NCBI RefSeq assembly: GCF_046119375.1
Contig: NW_027362762.1
Location: 716,038,001 to 716,102,000, forward strand
DNA length: 64,000 nucleotides
DNA from: Phyllobates terribilis
Taxonomy: Eukaryota
Reading direction: 5' to 3'
Shown here: piece after piece, positions 47,361 through 60,480 of the stretch
Layout: each line of letters starts with the position of its first letter
Numbering within the stretch: position 1 is the stretch's first letter
The notes under the pieces: generated by a model
Database searches by the model: none
What the model was told of the DNA's origin: nothing
The model's input: only the letters and a program-made list of their open reading frames with translations
Program-made: the position numbers and the translations under genes

Positions 47361-49067
47361 TTAACATAGAGCATTAAGTTAGCTAAATTTAGCAGCAACT
47401 TTAAAAGGGGTTGTCCAAGTTTAGAAAAATATGGCTGCCTTATAAAGTTAAGCTTGGTCTGATAACGTTTACAAAGTGGGGCTACATATTTAGATTTTTA
47501 TTCTTGCTTAGCTTTGGGTAATTTTGACTAGAAATGTAGCAATAAAATGGAGAAAAATAATCTATGCTGGGACAGTCATATCCCAAAATGTAATATTTTT
47601 TTCAGTAATGCAAAGAAAACCCCACCAGATACAGACAAATTAAAAACATGCACAAAACCAATGTGTCACAATGAGAATAACAGTCAAAGCTTAAATAATG
47701 AGACTAGAGGCTCCCTCACAGGAGGTATCATTAAATATCCAAGGAAAACCACCTGGAACTGTTAGACAAACATGCAACCAACAAATGCAAAAAATACAAG
47801 AATTTTGCCGATGTGCGTGGAGATTTCTTTATCCCTCAAATTTTGCATACGGACAGGAGCTGCCTGCGGCCCTGACACTGCGGAATAGCTGCACGACTTC
47901 TGGTCATTATGTAAATGAGCGGCACCAGAGAAGTTGACATGCTGCGGGTCTGAAGGACGCGCTGCATGTCAGTTTCCATGGGTGATCCGCAGGTGCACAG
48001 AGACGGACATGGGTGTTCTAGAAATCTCACCCAATATGCTGTAACATCTGGCCGCTGCGGGTTTGACGCGCCATAACACGCAGCGGCTCCTGACCGAGTG
48101 CACATACTCATATAATTTATCACACTTATTTTCTTCTCTGGACTGGTATTTATCAAATGTGATAATTTACATTTTTCTTATTATAAGTATTTCTCATTTT
48201 ATATTGGATGCTGTGCCATTCTTTCCATCATCATTTATATTGATATAAGTATGTATTTTGATATATGTATTATCATCATAACAAAAGTTCTTGAGTAGAG
48301 ATATGTGAATAAATATAATGAATTTGGGATTTATGCAGCAGGCATCTATAGATAGTCTATAGGTAGAACATGCGATATCATCCAGGGTAACCCATAATGT
48401 TTTCACAACATATAAAAGATTGGAGAGAGACTCTCTGGGGTTACCCTTTTGTTTACCTTATTATTCTAAGTATGTAAGGTGTAGCACAGTAGTTACTTTT
48501 AGATACCACAAAACTATTCTAAAATGTTGCAGTTTTACAGCAAAAACTGGGGTGTTTTGATGCAATTTCACAGTAATCATGACAAGATATCATGATTTGA
48601 CCCTACTATGTGAAAAAAACCTACAGGTGTGCTCTACTCATACAAGCGTTCCAGCCTGGTTCAGGTGATTTCATTCTGTAGGAGCTATGTTAGCATAGAG
48701 CATTAAGTTAGCTAAATTTATCAGCAACTTTAAAAGGGGTTGTCCAAGTTTAGAAAAATATGGCTGCCTTATAAAGTTAAGCTTGGTCTGATAACGTTTA
48801 CAAAGTGGGGCTACATATTTAGATTTTTATTCTTGCTTAGCTTTGGGTAATTTTGACTAGAAATGTAGCAATAAAATGGAGAAAAATAATCTATTCTGGG
48901 ACAGTCATATCCCAAAATGTAATATTTTTTTCAGTAATGCAAAGAAAACCCCACCAGATACAGACAAATTAAAAACATGCACAAAACCAATGTGTCACAA
49001 TGAGAATAACAGTCAAAGCTTAAATAATGAGACTAGAGGCTCCCTCACAGGAGGTATCATTAAATAT
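47361..49067 (+). repeat. ~375-bp direct duplication (47361-47738 and 48690-49067)
   Basis: Constant offset of 1329 bp; two or three substitutions seen; identical peptide translations at 47547 and 48876 apart from one residue and the end. Confidence 0.95.
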
Positions 49068-51359
49068 GTTAATTAAAAGCTGTATGGATTAAAATCTCTG
49101 TTGTATGATGAAATTATGCTTGCTTCTGTGATTCCATCCAGCTCTGCAGATGGGGAAACCATGATCTAATCCTCGGTTAAAATTACTAAAATTAAATATT
49201 TAGCAATTTTTGCTATTTGATTTATTCATGTAATTGAGTATAACATATTTGTGGATTTACTATAGGTAATTGATGTCTTTATTCCCAAGACTTTTTGCTG
49301 TGTCATTTTTATTATACTTAGTTTCCTACGGACACAGTTCATTATGTCACAAAGAGATCCTTGGAGTTGACCTTTCTACCCATAGGATGCTCTGATTATT
49401 AAAATGTAATACCAGGGTGACTTGTACTTTATCCTTATATTGTGGTAGGGAGAGACCCTATATACTTCTAATTTTATTAAATACTTAAACATTTTGGTGA
49501 CCCATCCACATGCCTTTTTTCCAGGGTTTATTTTTCACATTGTATATAGTTTAATGCACTTATTATTCGAAGGACCCTGATTCATTATGTCTCCAAGGAA
49601 TCCAAGGTGTTGACCTTGCTACCTATAGGGTAATCTAATTATTATCCACAGCTTTCTAGGATTTATGGGTCAGTTGAACATCTTAGGAGCCTGCACCCTT
49701 CTTCACCAATCCACACATACATTTTTTATTATATATTGCATTCAGTCTATGTCCATTCAAAGCTAAACTGCATATTTTAAAAATACCAAAATATAATATC
49801 ATATCAGTATTAGTAAAACATATTTTTTAATACTTTAAATCAAGATCCAAAAAGTATTTAGTGAAAATCTCAATGAACATTTTATTAGAGAGATGATAAA
49901 CAATAAAGATAACGTGCAGTCTACCCTTCCATACTAATTAAAATAGTTCCATACGGTATGAAAACATCATGGATACAGAATATCATCCTTGATTAAGCAG
50001 CTACAATGAATATGAAGTAGCTCTAAGGCTGGATGTGAAGAGAGAATAAAGGAAACAATTAATTAGATTTAACTAAGATATCAAAATAATGTGTATTTAG
50101 ACAATGTATTTACTTTATTCGTACAACTGTGTTTTTTTAATTCTTCCACTTTACATCTTTTTTATGGTACTAACGCCTATTGTAGTAGGAATTTTGCTGG
50201 CAGAAGCAAATATTCCCATGTCTCTTAACATCTAACATTGATACCAAGCCACCCGTAAATCCTTCTGACTGTGAGATAATGAGAGTATTGCAGGCTAGCA
50301 ATAGCGGTTAAAATTTGTGCACTAATTTAATTTTAGCTAAGCAGTGATATTGCTAATTTATTAAATGATCTGGTGTTTTTTGTTCTTAATATAATTATTG
50401 TATGCCATATTGTATCATTTTTCAATTTATGAATGATTTGTGTAAAACATCTCTCATTGCCATAGGTAGAAATGACTACCTCTATTCTTTTGTTGTTGTA
50501 ATAAATGAGCAAATCACAATTCAGTTAACCCCTCGTTGACAATGATTTATTAATTTCATGCAGAAATCTCTACCTAGAAGTAATTTTGCATCCCAGTGAT
50601 TGTTAGCTTGCATCTTCCTTCATTTACAATTCATGTTAGATTTCTCTAGGCAATTGACAAGACACTCTAGGGACAAGATACAATTTACATGAAATAGGAT
50701 GATTCTTATATAGTTGTTTTTTTTTGCCAAATCAGACTACATATCAATTCAATAGGAAATAAAGTTACAACCTCAGTACTCGTTGCTTATAACATGTAAA
50801 TAATGTCAATCATTGGTTTGTTTAACTAGAATTTTGCTTTTAAACACCTATGTCCTAAATTAAGAAAAGCATGTTTGCTAGTCTGGTTCTGACATGTCAT
50901 GATACCTTCTTGGGCTTAAATTCCTGTGTAGCAATAAAGATCAAATTCACTGGCTGCAGCAAGCCTCCGTAGTGTTCAATGAATGGCTACAATAATACAT
51001 TAATTTTTTACAAATTTCATGCAAGCTTATAGAATATTTTTTTTTATTATTATTTTATCATCATTATTGCATTGTTAGTAGCTGGTCAATTACATCATCT
51101 ACTTGGTCTATTGAGCTTCAACATTCTACCACCTTAGGGTAAACAATCAAAAAGCGCCAACTCAGCTCCGATGACATCATCCTACTTACCATTGCATCAC
51201 CTACTTTTATAAATTCTCTCTGTGGAAGATATGCAGTTTTAGGATTTTTTAGCTTAGTTTCTTAGCATATTGACATATTTTTATAAGTCTTTTTTAAATC
51301 TGCCTCGTTCTTCCATTAACAATGCAGATAGGTTTGCTACATATTTGGAGTAGTCACTT

Positions 51360-53600
51360 TTGAGTCACAATGGCTAAACCTGACTACTATGATAAAGAAA
51401 GCCTACAACCTGTGTTTTGGCTGCAGAATAGGAGATCAGGAAAAGAGTTGGGCACCACACAAATGCTGCAATAGATGTACATCACATCTTATCCAGTGGT
51501 TGCATGTGAAGGGGCAATCTATGCCTTTTGCAGTCCCAATGATTTGGAGAGAACAAACTGATCACAATACAAATTTCTATTATTGCATGGTGGCCCCTAT
51601 TAGGAAAGGAGTTTCAAGGATGAAGAAGTGAACTTTACAGTATCCAAATATTCTATCTGCAATTTGCCCAGTACCAAAAGTGAACTGAAAGATATTATTA
51701 CAGATTTGGATCTGCCCAAGGCAGGAATAAATGAGAAATACAGTAGTTCAGAGTCCGTGCTGCCCAAGGTTCAAACGTATGATCACACACAAAGGTGAAG
51801 CAAGAACACAGTTTATGTAAACACGTTTCAATGTTTTCAAACCTCTTCCTAAGGACCAAACCACAAGAGTAAGGCTGAGCTTTTAGGTTCCAGGCTAAAG
51901 CAGTGAAATCTCCTAGCGAGCAATGTTCTGATTTCTTTGTTCTGCAACAATGATAAAGATCTGGTCCAATACTTCTTCATGGAGTGTGATCTTGTGGCAT
52001 GCTACAACATCAACAGTTTTATGGAATCTTGGAAGATAAGTCATAATCAAAAGGAACGGAATCTTTTGTTTGAGTCATCCAAAACAAGCCTAAAAGCCAT
52101 CGTGCTGCAAAATGGCAATGAGTTACCTTAAATTCCAGTTGGTTATGCAGTGCACATCAAAAACATTTTTGGCCCCTCTGTGGAGACTTAAAGGTGATTG
52201 CCCTATTACTTAGTCTACAGGGTGGATGTGTAAGTCGTGTACCCGAAGTGATCTTCAGGACACGGCGGAGACACGGGCGATAAAACCAACTCTTACACAG
52301 AAGAACAAAAGAACTATTTTACATATTTAAATGAATATTTTTAACTGGACAATAGAAAACATTTAACATTACGCAGACATTAGCCAATGGCTGGAACCAC
52401 TGTGCTATATGATACCCAAGCAATCTGTATTTACTATTTTTCTATAGATTCGCCTGCTGGTGCGCCTGTCTAAACTGGCCACCTATTACCGTTATACATC
52501 CTGACAATTAAGTTTACAATCTTACAAAAATTTCCTCCATTTCCCCAACAAAATTTCGCTGTCCTTTCCTGAAGAACACTTCCGGTACACGACTTACAAC
52601 TGTCAACTGGGAAATCTCTTGAGCACATTAACTAAGTCCCTCCCACACTGGAGCTAGATCAATCAACTCTCCTTTGGTTGTTGGGCAAATTTCACTATTA
52701 CTACCCTCTAACAGCATGCACTGAACTCCCTATAATCAATATATTAATTGCTTATTCTTACATCCCTATATGATCATTTAATACAGTGCATTTTAAATCA
52801 CACAGAATTAAAACCTTAAATCAAAATATATACACAGTCTTTCAACAAGTACAGTGTTATACTGGTGTGGATACAGGTTTACACAATTATATCACTCTGG
52901 TGAACCAACACACATCTCACATATACACAAAGTGTTGCTGCTTTCTGTGTGAGAGGGATAGTCGTGCAAGAAAATATCACTACAATAAAAGAGACTGACC
53001 TATCCGATATTCACTTCAGCCAGGGAGTACAATTGTTCTGTATCCAGCATTTGTTGACCCATATAACTTTTTGTTACCACCATTGCATATCAGGTTGGAC
53101 CTAATGAAGAACTTTGTAAAGGCAATGGATAAAAATGCAAAAGCATTCAAGTATCTCATTGATAAATTTCCATGGTTGAGTGAGCAAAGATAAAGGATGG
53201 AGTCTTTATTGGACCTCAGATTCGTACCATTCTTCAAGATGAGGAGTTTCTCAGTATGTTGCAGGGCAAGGAAAAGGCTGAATGAGTAGCATTTGCATTA
53301 GTAGTAAATAATTATTTGGGAAACTCAACAGTAGATAGCTATGAAGAGTTGGTGGAAAATCTACTCAAAACATATAAGGACCTTGGCTGTAACATGTCCT
53401 GAAAAATTCATTACTTACATTCACATGTAGACTTCTCTCCACCAAACTGCGGAGCAGTGAGGGACGAGCATGGTGAGAAATTTCTTTAAGATATTGTGGC
53501 TATGAGAAAAGATATCAAGGAAAGTGGAATCCATCAATGCTTGCAGATTACTGTTGAACAATTGTAAGAGATGATCCAATGCAGAAGTACAAGAGACAAG
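51360..53600 (+). pseudogene. Decayed DNA-transposon transposase, probably Chapaev3/CMC-type, with an internal insertion
   Basis: Peptides FGCRIGDQEKSWAPHKCC, MPFAVPMIWRE, SSKTSLKAIVLQNGN, YTKCCCFLCE.DSRA, LPPLHI.LDLMKNFVKA, GAV.DEHGE. The superfamily assignment is from recall of the family and was not searched. Confidence 0.65.
52229..52598. mobile_element. 370-bp element with 32-bp terminal inverted repeats (TG...CA), within a ~690-bp insertion (to 52921)
   Basis: tgtaagtcgtgtacccgaagtgatcttcagga versus tcctgaagaacacttccggtacacgacttaca (2 mismatches). No clean TSD. Confidence 0.55.
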
Positions 53601-54572
53601 CAAAAAAGAGTTGTCACTGACAGGACAACAGAGGACAAAATTTTGTAGTGCAATTTCGGTAACTGATTATAATTCATAATAGTGTTTAGACATGTTTTAG
53701 TTATTTGAATTGTTGCTAAGTTTCCTTCAAATAAATATCAGAAAATATGCAACAATATATTCAGCATCTTTATATTAGCAAAAATCATAATGTTTCAAAG
53801 TACGGAAACATTTATGCATTAATTATATGTATCTCAACAGGTAGACTGTAAATGCTTTTTCCAGGTTGCATCGGTTGATATTGGGGTAATGTGTGGCACA
53901 ATATGTAAATGCCCCCCCTTTTCTTCACCCAGCCCGGTCTACCTAACATCTGTTTTTTCCTGTAATCACTGATACCTGCACAGGAAAACCACATGGTGAG
54001 ACTGTTCGATTTTTTATAACTTTCATTAGTTGTAGGAGACTAATACCAGTGTGCTTGTTCTTCCCCCATCTGGTTCTTCACTGTAGGAACAGATGATGTA
54101 CCTGTGAGACCACATACTTTTCAGTCATCTACTTTTATTTGTCTATCTTGTTAGTTTAAGCCCTTTATTTTTTAACTGTTTATTAATTAAAAGTTATATT
54201 TTAACACTATACATTCTATAGTGTACATGCTGAGATATCTAGTTACTGATAGGTAGACTGCCTATCTTGTTCAATTTTTTTATTAATTATATGTAGCAGT
54301 AAAAGGAAAACTATTTGATATGATAGAGACAACAGCAAACTAAAAATTTTCATTGTCAGATTTGAATTCAGGAGATCAAAATCATTCAGAAATGGATCAT
54401 TTCTTAACTGAACCTGACAACATTTGAAAATATGTAGAACAGTGATTAGAGTGAGTGGTTCCATCAGGGCTTTTGTTAGAATCATGTTTTTCAGAGATTT
54501 AGACAGAACTCCTGAGAAAAGTGCTTGGCAAAGAGCACAGAATAAATGTGAACTGGTGAACTGAGTCTTATA

Positions 54573-55490
54573 CAGTGGCATGCAAAAGTTTAGGTATCCC
54601 TAGTCAAAATTACGGTTATTGTGAACAGTTAAGCAAGTTGAAAATGAAATGATCTCTAAAAGGCCTAAAGTTAAAGATGACACATATCCTTTGCATTTTC
54701 TGCAAAAAAAAAAAATATTGTTCCTTTTTATACTTTAAAAATTACAAAAAGGAAAATGGGCCGATGCAAAAGTTTGGGCACCCGTGGAGGTTTGTGTGCT
54801 TAGACAACTTTAACCAAGGTTTCAGACCTTAATTAGTCTGTTAGGATTATGGTTTGTTCACTCTCATCATTAGGAAAGGCTAGGTGATGCAAATTTCCCA
54901 GTTGTATAAATACCCCGCCTCCTCTAACTTTGAGCCAAAAACAGCAGCCATGCCTAGTACTCTGAAAATGAAAATGGTGGAGGTCCACAAAGCAGGAGAA
55001 GGCTATAATAAGATAGCAAAACGTTTTCAAGTTACCCTTTCCTAAGTTCGAAATGTAATTAAGAAATGGCAGTTAACAGGAACAGTGGAGGTCAAGATAA
55101 GGTCTGGAAGACGAAGCAAATTTTCAGCTAGAGCTGCTCATAGAATTGCTAGAAAGGAAAATCTGAATTCCTGCTTGCTGAAAAAGACCTTAAGAAAGAT
55201 TTAGCAGACTCTAGAGTTGTGGTACATTGTTCTACTGTTCAGAAACACCTGCACAAATATGGACTTCATAGAAAAGTCATCAGAAAAAAACCTTTCCTGC
55301 ATCCTGACTGTAAAATTCAGCATTAGAATTATGCAAAAGAACATCTAAGCATTCTCGATGCATTTTATAAACAAGTCCTGTGGACCGATGAGGTAAAAAA
55401 CGAACTCTTTGGTCAAAATTATCAAATGTATGTGTGGAGAAAAAAGGCAGCAGAATTTCAGGAAAAGAACATCTCACCATCCACAAAGCA
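54573..55490 (+). mobile_element. 3'-truncated Tc1/mariner element
   Basis: ta|cagtggcatgcaaaagttt 5' TIR with an internal repeat (gcaaaagtttgggcaccc at ~54766); transposase remnant to WTDE. Confidence 0.9.
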
Positions 55491-55985
55491 ATATGACTTT
55501 GCTGACCATAAGAGCTTACATACTATCTAAGAGTAAGAGAGAGATGAACCCACTGATCATAAGATCTTATACTCTAAAAGAGAAATAGAGAGAAAGAACC
55601 CTGCTGATTATAAGTACTTACACCGCTGATCTGTAATGGCCCAGATATTGACCACCATTGTGCAAAGTATGATAACCACTAGATGTAATAACTGCGGGGC
55701 ATTATGGAGAAGAATGCATGGCAAAAGAGAGAGGCAGAAATCCACTCTCTGATGCTTCAGCAGCATGGGAAAAGATTTTTTTTGCAAACCGCGAATTAAA
55801 TGTCAAAGTGTTTGAATTAGTGTGAAACCATGAATTTAAGGAAAATTTGACTTAAAATTCATGCTCCGATGATCAATCTGATCATCTCTAGTCAGTACAA
55901 CTACATGGATGACAGATTTAATTTTTTTTATGTTTTGCTACGTTTACACACTAAAAATGCTTTTTTAAAAAAAATAAAATAAATA

Positions 55986-55988
<3 letters not shown>

Positions 55989-56044
<56 letters not shown>
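55989..56044. repeat. (AT)n microsatellite, about 28 units
   Basis: Direct reading. Confidence 0.98.
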
Positions 56045-56047
<3 letters not shown>

Positions 56048-56771
56048 AAGGCAGAACTAGTCATTATGCTGGGGGACACTCACTGCACCTGGTCAATTAA
56101 AGCACACCAGCCACGTTTTCCAGTATTTCACAATCCAGCAGTTTATTACACGTCACTACTGCTTATCACCGAGTCCAACTCAGTGGCTCGCCGACATACA
56201 CATATAATGTCCAGGAACCTTTCAAGTGGCAGACACTTGGCTCCAGTTACAGCCCCCAGCAAAGTAACATATCAATGTCCATATAATGCAGTGTTTTACC
56301 TTTGCGGAGTTTTAGCTGCTTCAGTCGGATTTGTTCTGCCATCACTGTCACTTTATGGCTTCCCAGATGGGGGTCTCCAGCCCTCGTTCCTTCAAAGGCT
56401 ACTGGTATGTTTTATCACCTAACATCCAGCTTCTGCCTTCCAGGACTCTTGCCTTCCAAGCCTCTTGCCCTCCAAGGCTACTGTGTTTGCTTACACATAA
56501 GGATCCAGCCTCTGTCTTTCAGGCTTCACCAGGCTTCACCAGGCCTCACCAGGCCTCACTAGGCCTCACACTCTAACGGTGTCCAACACAGGGAACAGGC
56601 CTCACGCCTTTCACACCTGTTTCAAAACTACCATGGTTTATATATCTTCCAATGCACACAGGACCAGTGCTGATGTCACAGTCATGTGATCAGTCCCCTG
56701 AGGGGGAGGTACATGGTCAGCCAAAACACATCCTGGACCATTACAGTAATGCCGCAAGCCGCTGCATTACA
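56045..56771. mobile_element. Probable solo LTR (~730 bp)
   Basis: tgtaa...ttaca ends flanked by atat on both sides (56041-56044 and 56772-56775). Confidence 0.65.
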
Positions 56772-56779
56772 ATATATAC

Positions 56780-57080
56780 AGCATGTATTTTTTTGCAGCA
56801 CTACATTTTGAGAGCTATAATTTTTCTATTTTCTGCAGACAGAGTCATGTCAGGGGGTTATTTTTGTGGGAGAAGTTGAAGCTTTTATTTGCCCAATTTT
56901 TTGTGTCAGCTTTATTTCTTTGATTTTTTTTTGTCAGTTTGATTCTTCATTTATGTAGTTTTTTTATGTTTTCCTTCTTTTGCACGCTAAAAACAATTTT
57001 ATAGAAAAAAACGTTATTTGCATTGCCGTATTCTGAGAGGTATAACTTTTTTTTTCTTCTAACAAAGCTAAGGCTTTTCA
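56780..57080. mobile_element. Diverged fragment related to the TTAA element, in opposite orientation
   Basis: ~56790-56880 (ttgagagctataatttttc) is a diverged reverse complement of ~18990-19085. Confidence 0.5.
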
Positions 57081-57084
57081 TGTA

Positions 57085-58641
57085 CACTGCTCAAAAAAAT
57101 AAAGGCAACCCTCAAATAACATATCCTAGATCTGAATGAATGAAATATTCTCATTGAATACTTTGTTCTGTACACAGTTGAATGTGCTGACAACAAAATC
57201 ACACAAAAATCACCAATGGAGGCCTGGATTTGGAGTCACCCCCAAAATTAAAGTGGAAAAACACACTACAGGCTGATCCAACTTTGATGTAATGTCCTTA
57301 AAACAAGTCAAAATGAGGCTCAGTATTGTGTGGGTCTCCACGTGCCTGTATGACCTCCCTACAATGCCTGGGCATGCTCCTGATGAGGTTGCGGATGTTC
57401 TCCTGTGGGATCTTCTCCCAGACCTGGACTAAAGCATCCGCCAACTCCTGGACAGTCTGTGGTGCAAAGTGACGTTGGTGGATGGAGCGAGACATGATGT
57501 CCCAGATGTTCTCAATCGGATTCGACCTGAGGAACGGGCGGGCCAGACCATAGCTTCAATGCCTTCATCTTGCAGAAACTGCTGACACACTTCAGCCACA
57601 TGAGGTCTCGCATTGTCCTGCATTAGGAGGAACCCAGGGACAACCACACCAGCATATGTTCTCACAAGGGGTCTGAGGATCTCATCTCGGTACCTAATGG
57701 CAGTCAGGCTACCTCTGGCGAGCACATGGAGGGCTGTGCGGTCCTCCAAAGAAATGCCACCCCACACCATTACTGACCCACTGCCAAAACCGGTCATGCT
57801 GAAGGATGTTGCAGGCAGAAGATCGCTCTCCATGGCATCTCCACACTTTGTCATGTCTGTCACATGTGCTCAGTGTGAACCTGTCTTCATCTGTGAAGAC
57901 TACAGGGCGCCAGTGGTGACTTTGCCAATCCTGGTGTTCTGTGGCAAATGCCAAGCAACCTGCAAGGTGTGGGGCTGTGATCACAACCCCCATCTGTGGA
58001 ATTCGGGCCCTCATAACACCCTCATGGAGTCGGTTTCTAACCGTTTGTGCAGACACATGCACATTTGTGGCCTGCTGGAGGTCATTTTGCCGGGCTCTGG
58101 CAGTGCTCCTCCTGTTCCTCCTTGCACAAATGCGGAGGTAGCGGTCCTGCTGCTGGGTTGGTGCCCTCCTACGGCCCCCTCCACGTCTCCTGGTGTACTG
58201 GCCTGTCTCCTGGTAGCGCCTCCAGCCTCTGGACACTACGCTGACAGACACAGCAAACCTTATTGCCACAACTCGCATTGATGTGCCATCCTGGATGAGC
58301 TGCACTACCTGAGCAACTTCTGTGGGTTGTGGAGTCCGCCTCATGCTACCACGAGTGTGAAAGCACAACCAACATTCAAAAGTGACCAAAACATCAGCCA
58401 GAAAGCATTGGTACTGAGATGTGGTCTGTGGTCCCCACCTGCAGAACCACTCCTTTATTGAGTGCGTCTTGATAATTGGCAATAATTTCCATCTATTGTC
58501 TATTCCATTTGCACAACAGCATGTGAAATTAATTGTCAATAAGTGTTGCTTCCTAAGTGGACAGTTTGATTTCACAGAAGTTTGAGTTACTTGGAGTTAT
58601 ATTCTGTAGTTTAAGTGTTCCCTTTATTTTTTTGAGCAGTG
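57085..58641 (-). mobile_element. Full-length Tc1/mariner element (1557 bp) with frameshifted transposase
   Basis: ta|cactgctcaaaaaaataaagg ... cctttattttttttgagcagtg|ta. [18 protein letters not shown] and MQDNARPH motifs. Confidence 0.95.
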
Positions 58642-60039
58642 TATTTTCATATGACTTTTTGATGTCCTTTTATTCAACCTTTTGTTCAGGGTTATGATGA
58701 AAAAAACATAAATTTGCTGTTTATTATCTTTTTATTGTCTTCATTACAGTGGTTAAATAATTTTACATAAATATGCAAATTTATTGGTGTAAATATTATT
58801 TTTTGAGACTTCTTTCTTTTTTTATTTATTTAAATCGTTTTTACAATTTTTTAAAAAACTTTTTTACATTGTCCCTCTCTGGAACTTAAACCTTTGTTTG
58901 TCTGATCTCTTTTCTAATACCCTGCAATAATCATGGCCATTGTACTTGGCAGACCTTGGCAGACCTGGAGATCATCATTTGACTTACAGTTGCCATGACA
59001 ATCGCATCACAGCCAATGAGATGAGAGAGTAAAACTGAGCATTATTGTGTGGCCACTATTCCTGTGCTTGCATAATCACCATGATGCATTGATACTTCCA
59101 TTTATAAAAAGTACTAACAAAATGTGACATAGCAGTACACTACATGTTGGAAAGCGGCTAAAGTTTTAGCTCCATCCAAGAAAAGTAGAAATGAGCAGAT
59201 CACTTTGCACAACCCTAGTCTGTGATCAACGTCAGTGCTCTCTGGTCATGGACAAGTGCTGTGTGAATTTCCTGACCTTCTAGGTTCCCCGATGTGGCAT
59301 TTGACTTGCTATTCTGGCACGACATCATCTGTGTGTGTGCAGCACACATGTGCCGTCTCGTCAGCCTCGATATTCACAAGCTGAGCCTGGGATCCTCGAG
59401 TATAAAGAAAATTGTGCAGCATCTGTCTACAGCCAGAACTCACTTACTTGGATTCAAACAAAATATTAAGCAAATATTGCTTTAACTTCACCAGAGGGTG
59501 GTGTTTGGTTTAATGGGTGCATGTGCCATGTAAGAGCAAGGTCGTTGTTGGAATGCATTCAACATCATCCTAAGTGCTCACTTGAGAAACGTTGATGAAC
59601 TGTGAGGTGAACCCATAGCCTTGTCCTCCTACACAGACCTTCAGCAATCATCTGGTGCCAGAAACCAAGTTGATCAGAACAAGCTACCACACCAAAACAC
59701 CCATTACAGAAGAAAGTGGTATGTTCCCAAGCAACAAAGAGCTATCAAAGATCCATCAAACACTGACGTTAAAGAATAGCAAAACCAATTGAGTTTGGGG
59801 TCTGAGGGAAAAAAATATTTTCACAATCTATTTTAATACTTTAATCAATCATTAGGCTCACTTCCACACATGGACACAACTGTGATTACAAACGTGGATG
59901 GAAATTGGAACGGTTAAACGAATGTGTAAAAACATAAATGATTGAATGAGGCCTTATTAAAGTTTATTCCAGAGAATTACTTTAATGCAACTTTTGGATT
60001 TAGAAAACGGGAAAAAAATGCTTTTAACTATGCCATAAT

Positions 60040-60480
60040 TATGCCATAATGTGCAATGAAATGCTACCCAGAAATGGTAATCGGTATCCTTGCTGGAAAG
60101 TGTATGAATTATGCAGTATGAAATTCTTCATTAAAGCAGGTAAAAAAAAAGAAGGAAAAACAACTTTTGCCATTGATTTAACAAAGGAAATCTTGGAAGA
60201 GCTGAATAAAAGAAAAGGAAAACCAGACTGATTACTCATCAAGCTATCCTGTTGCAGAAGATGATTGCAATTCAGAATCAAATATCACAAAGTGGAAAAA
60301 TTAAAGAGCCCGTGAAGGACTTTCTGACAAACGCATGCTTACAGAGTGGTGAAGAACAGGTTCATTTAACATCTTCCTCAGACTCCAAAAGCGAAATATC
60401 AATTCAAGTGAGACAAAATGATGGTTGTCCTAAAGTTTGTCATAGGAGAAAGAAAATGACAGTATTTCATGAAAGTTAAG
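60040..60480 (+). pseudogene. Possible very old piggyBac transposase C-terminal remnant
   Basis: Weak resemblance of WKVYELC...DLTKEILEEL and QVRQN...CH..KKM to the piggyBac C-terminal Cys-rich region; not verified. Confidence 0.25.

Noticed and set aside
55985-56422. 145-aa ORF starting MNIYIYIY
   Set aside because: Read-through of the (AT)n microsatellite into a solo LTR.
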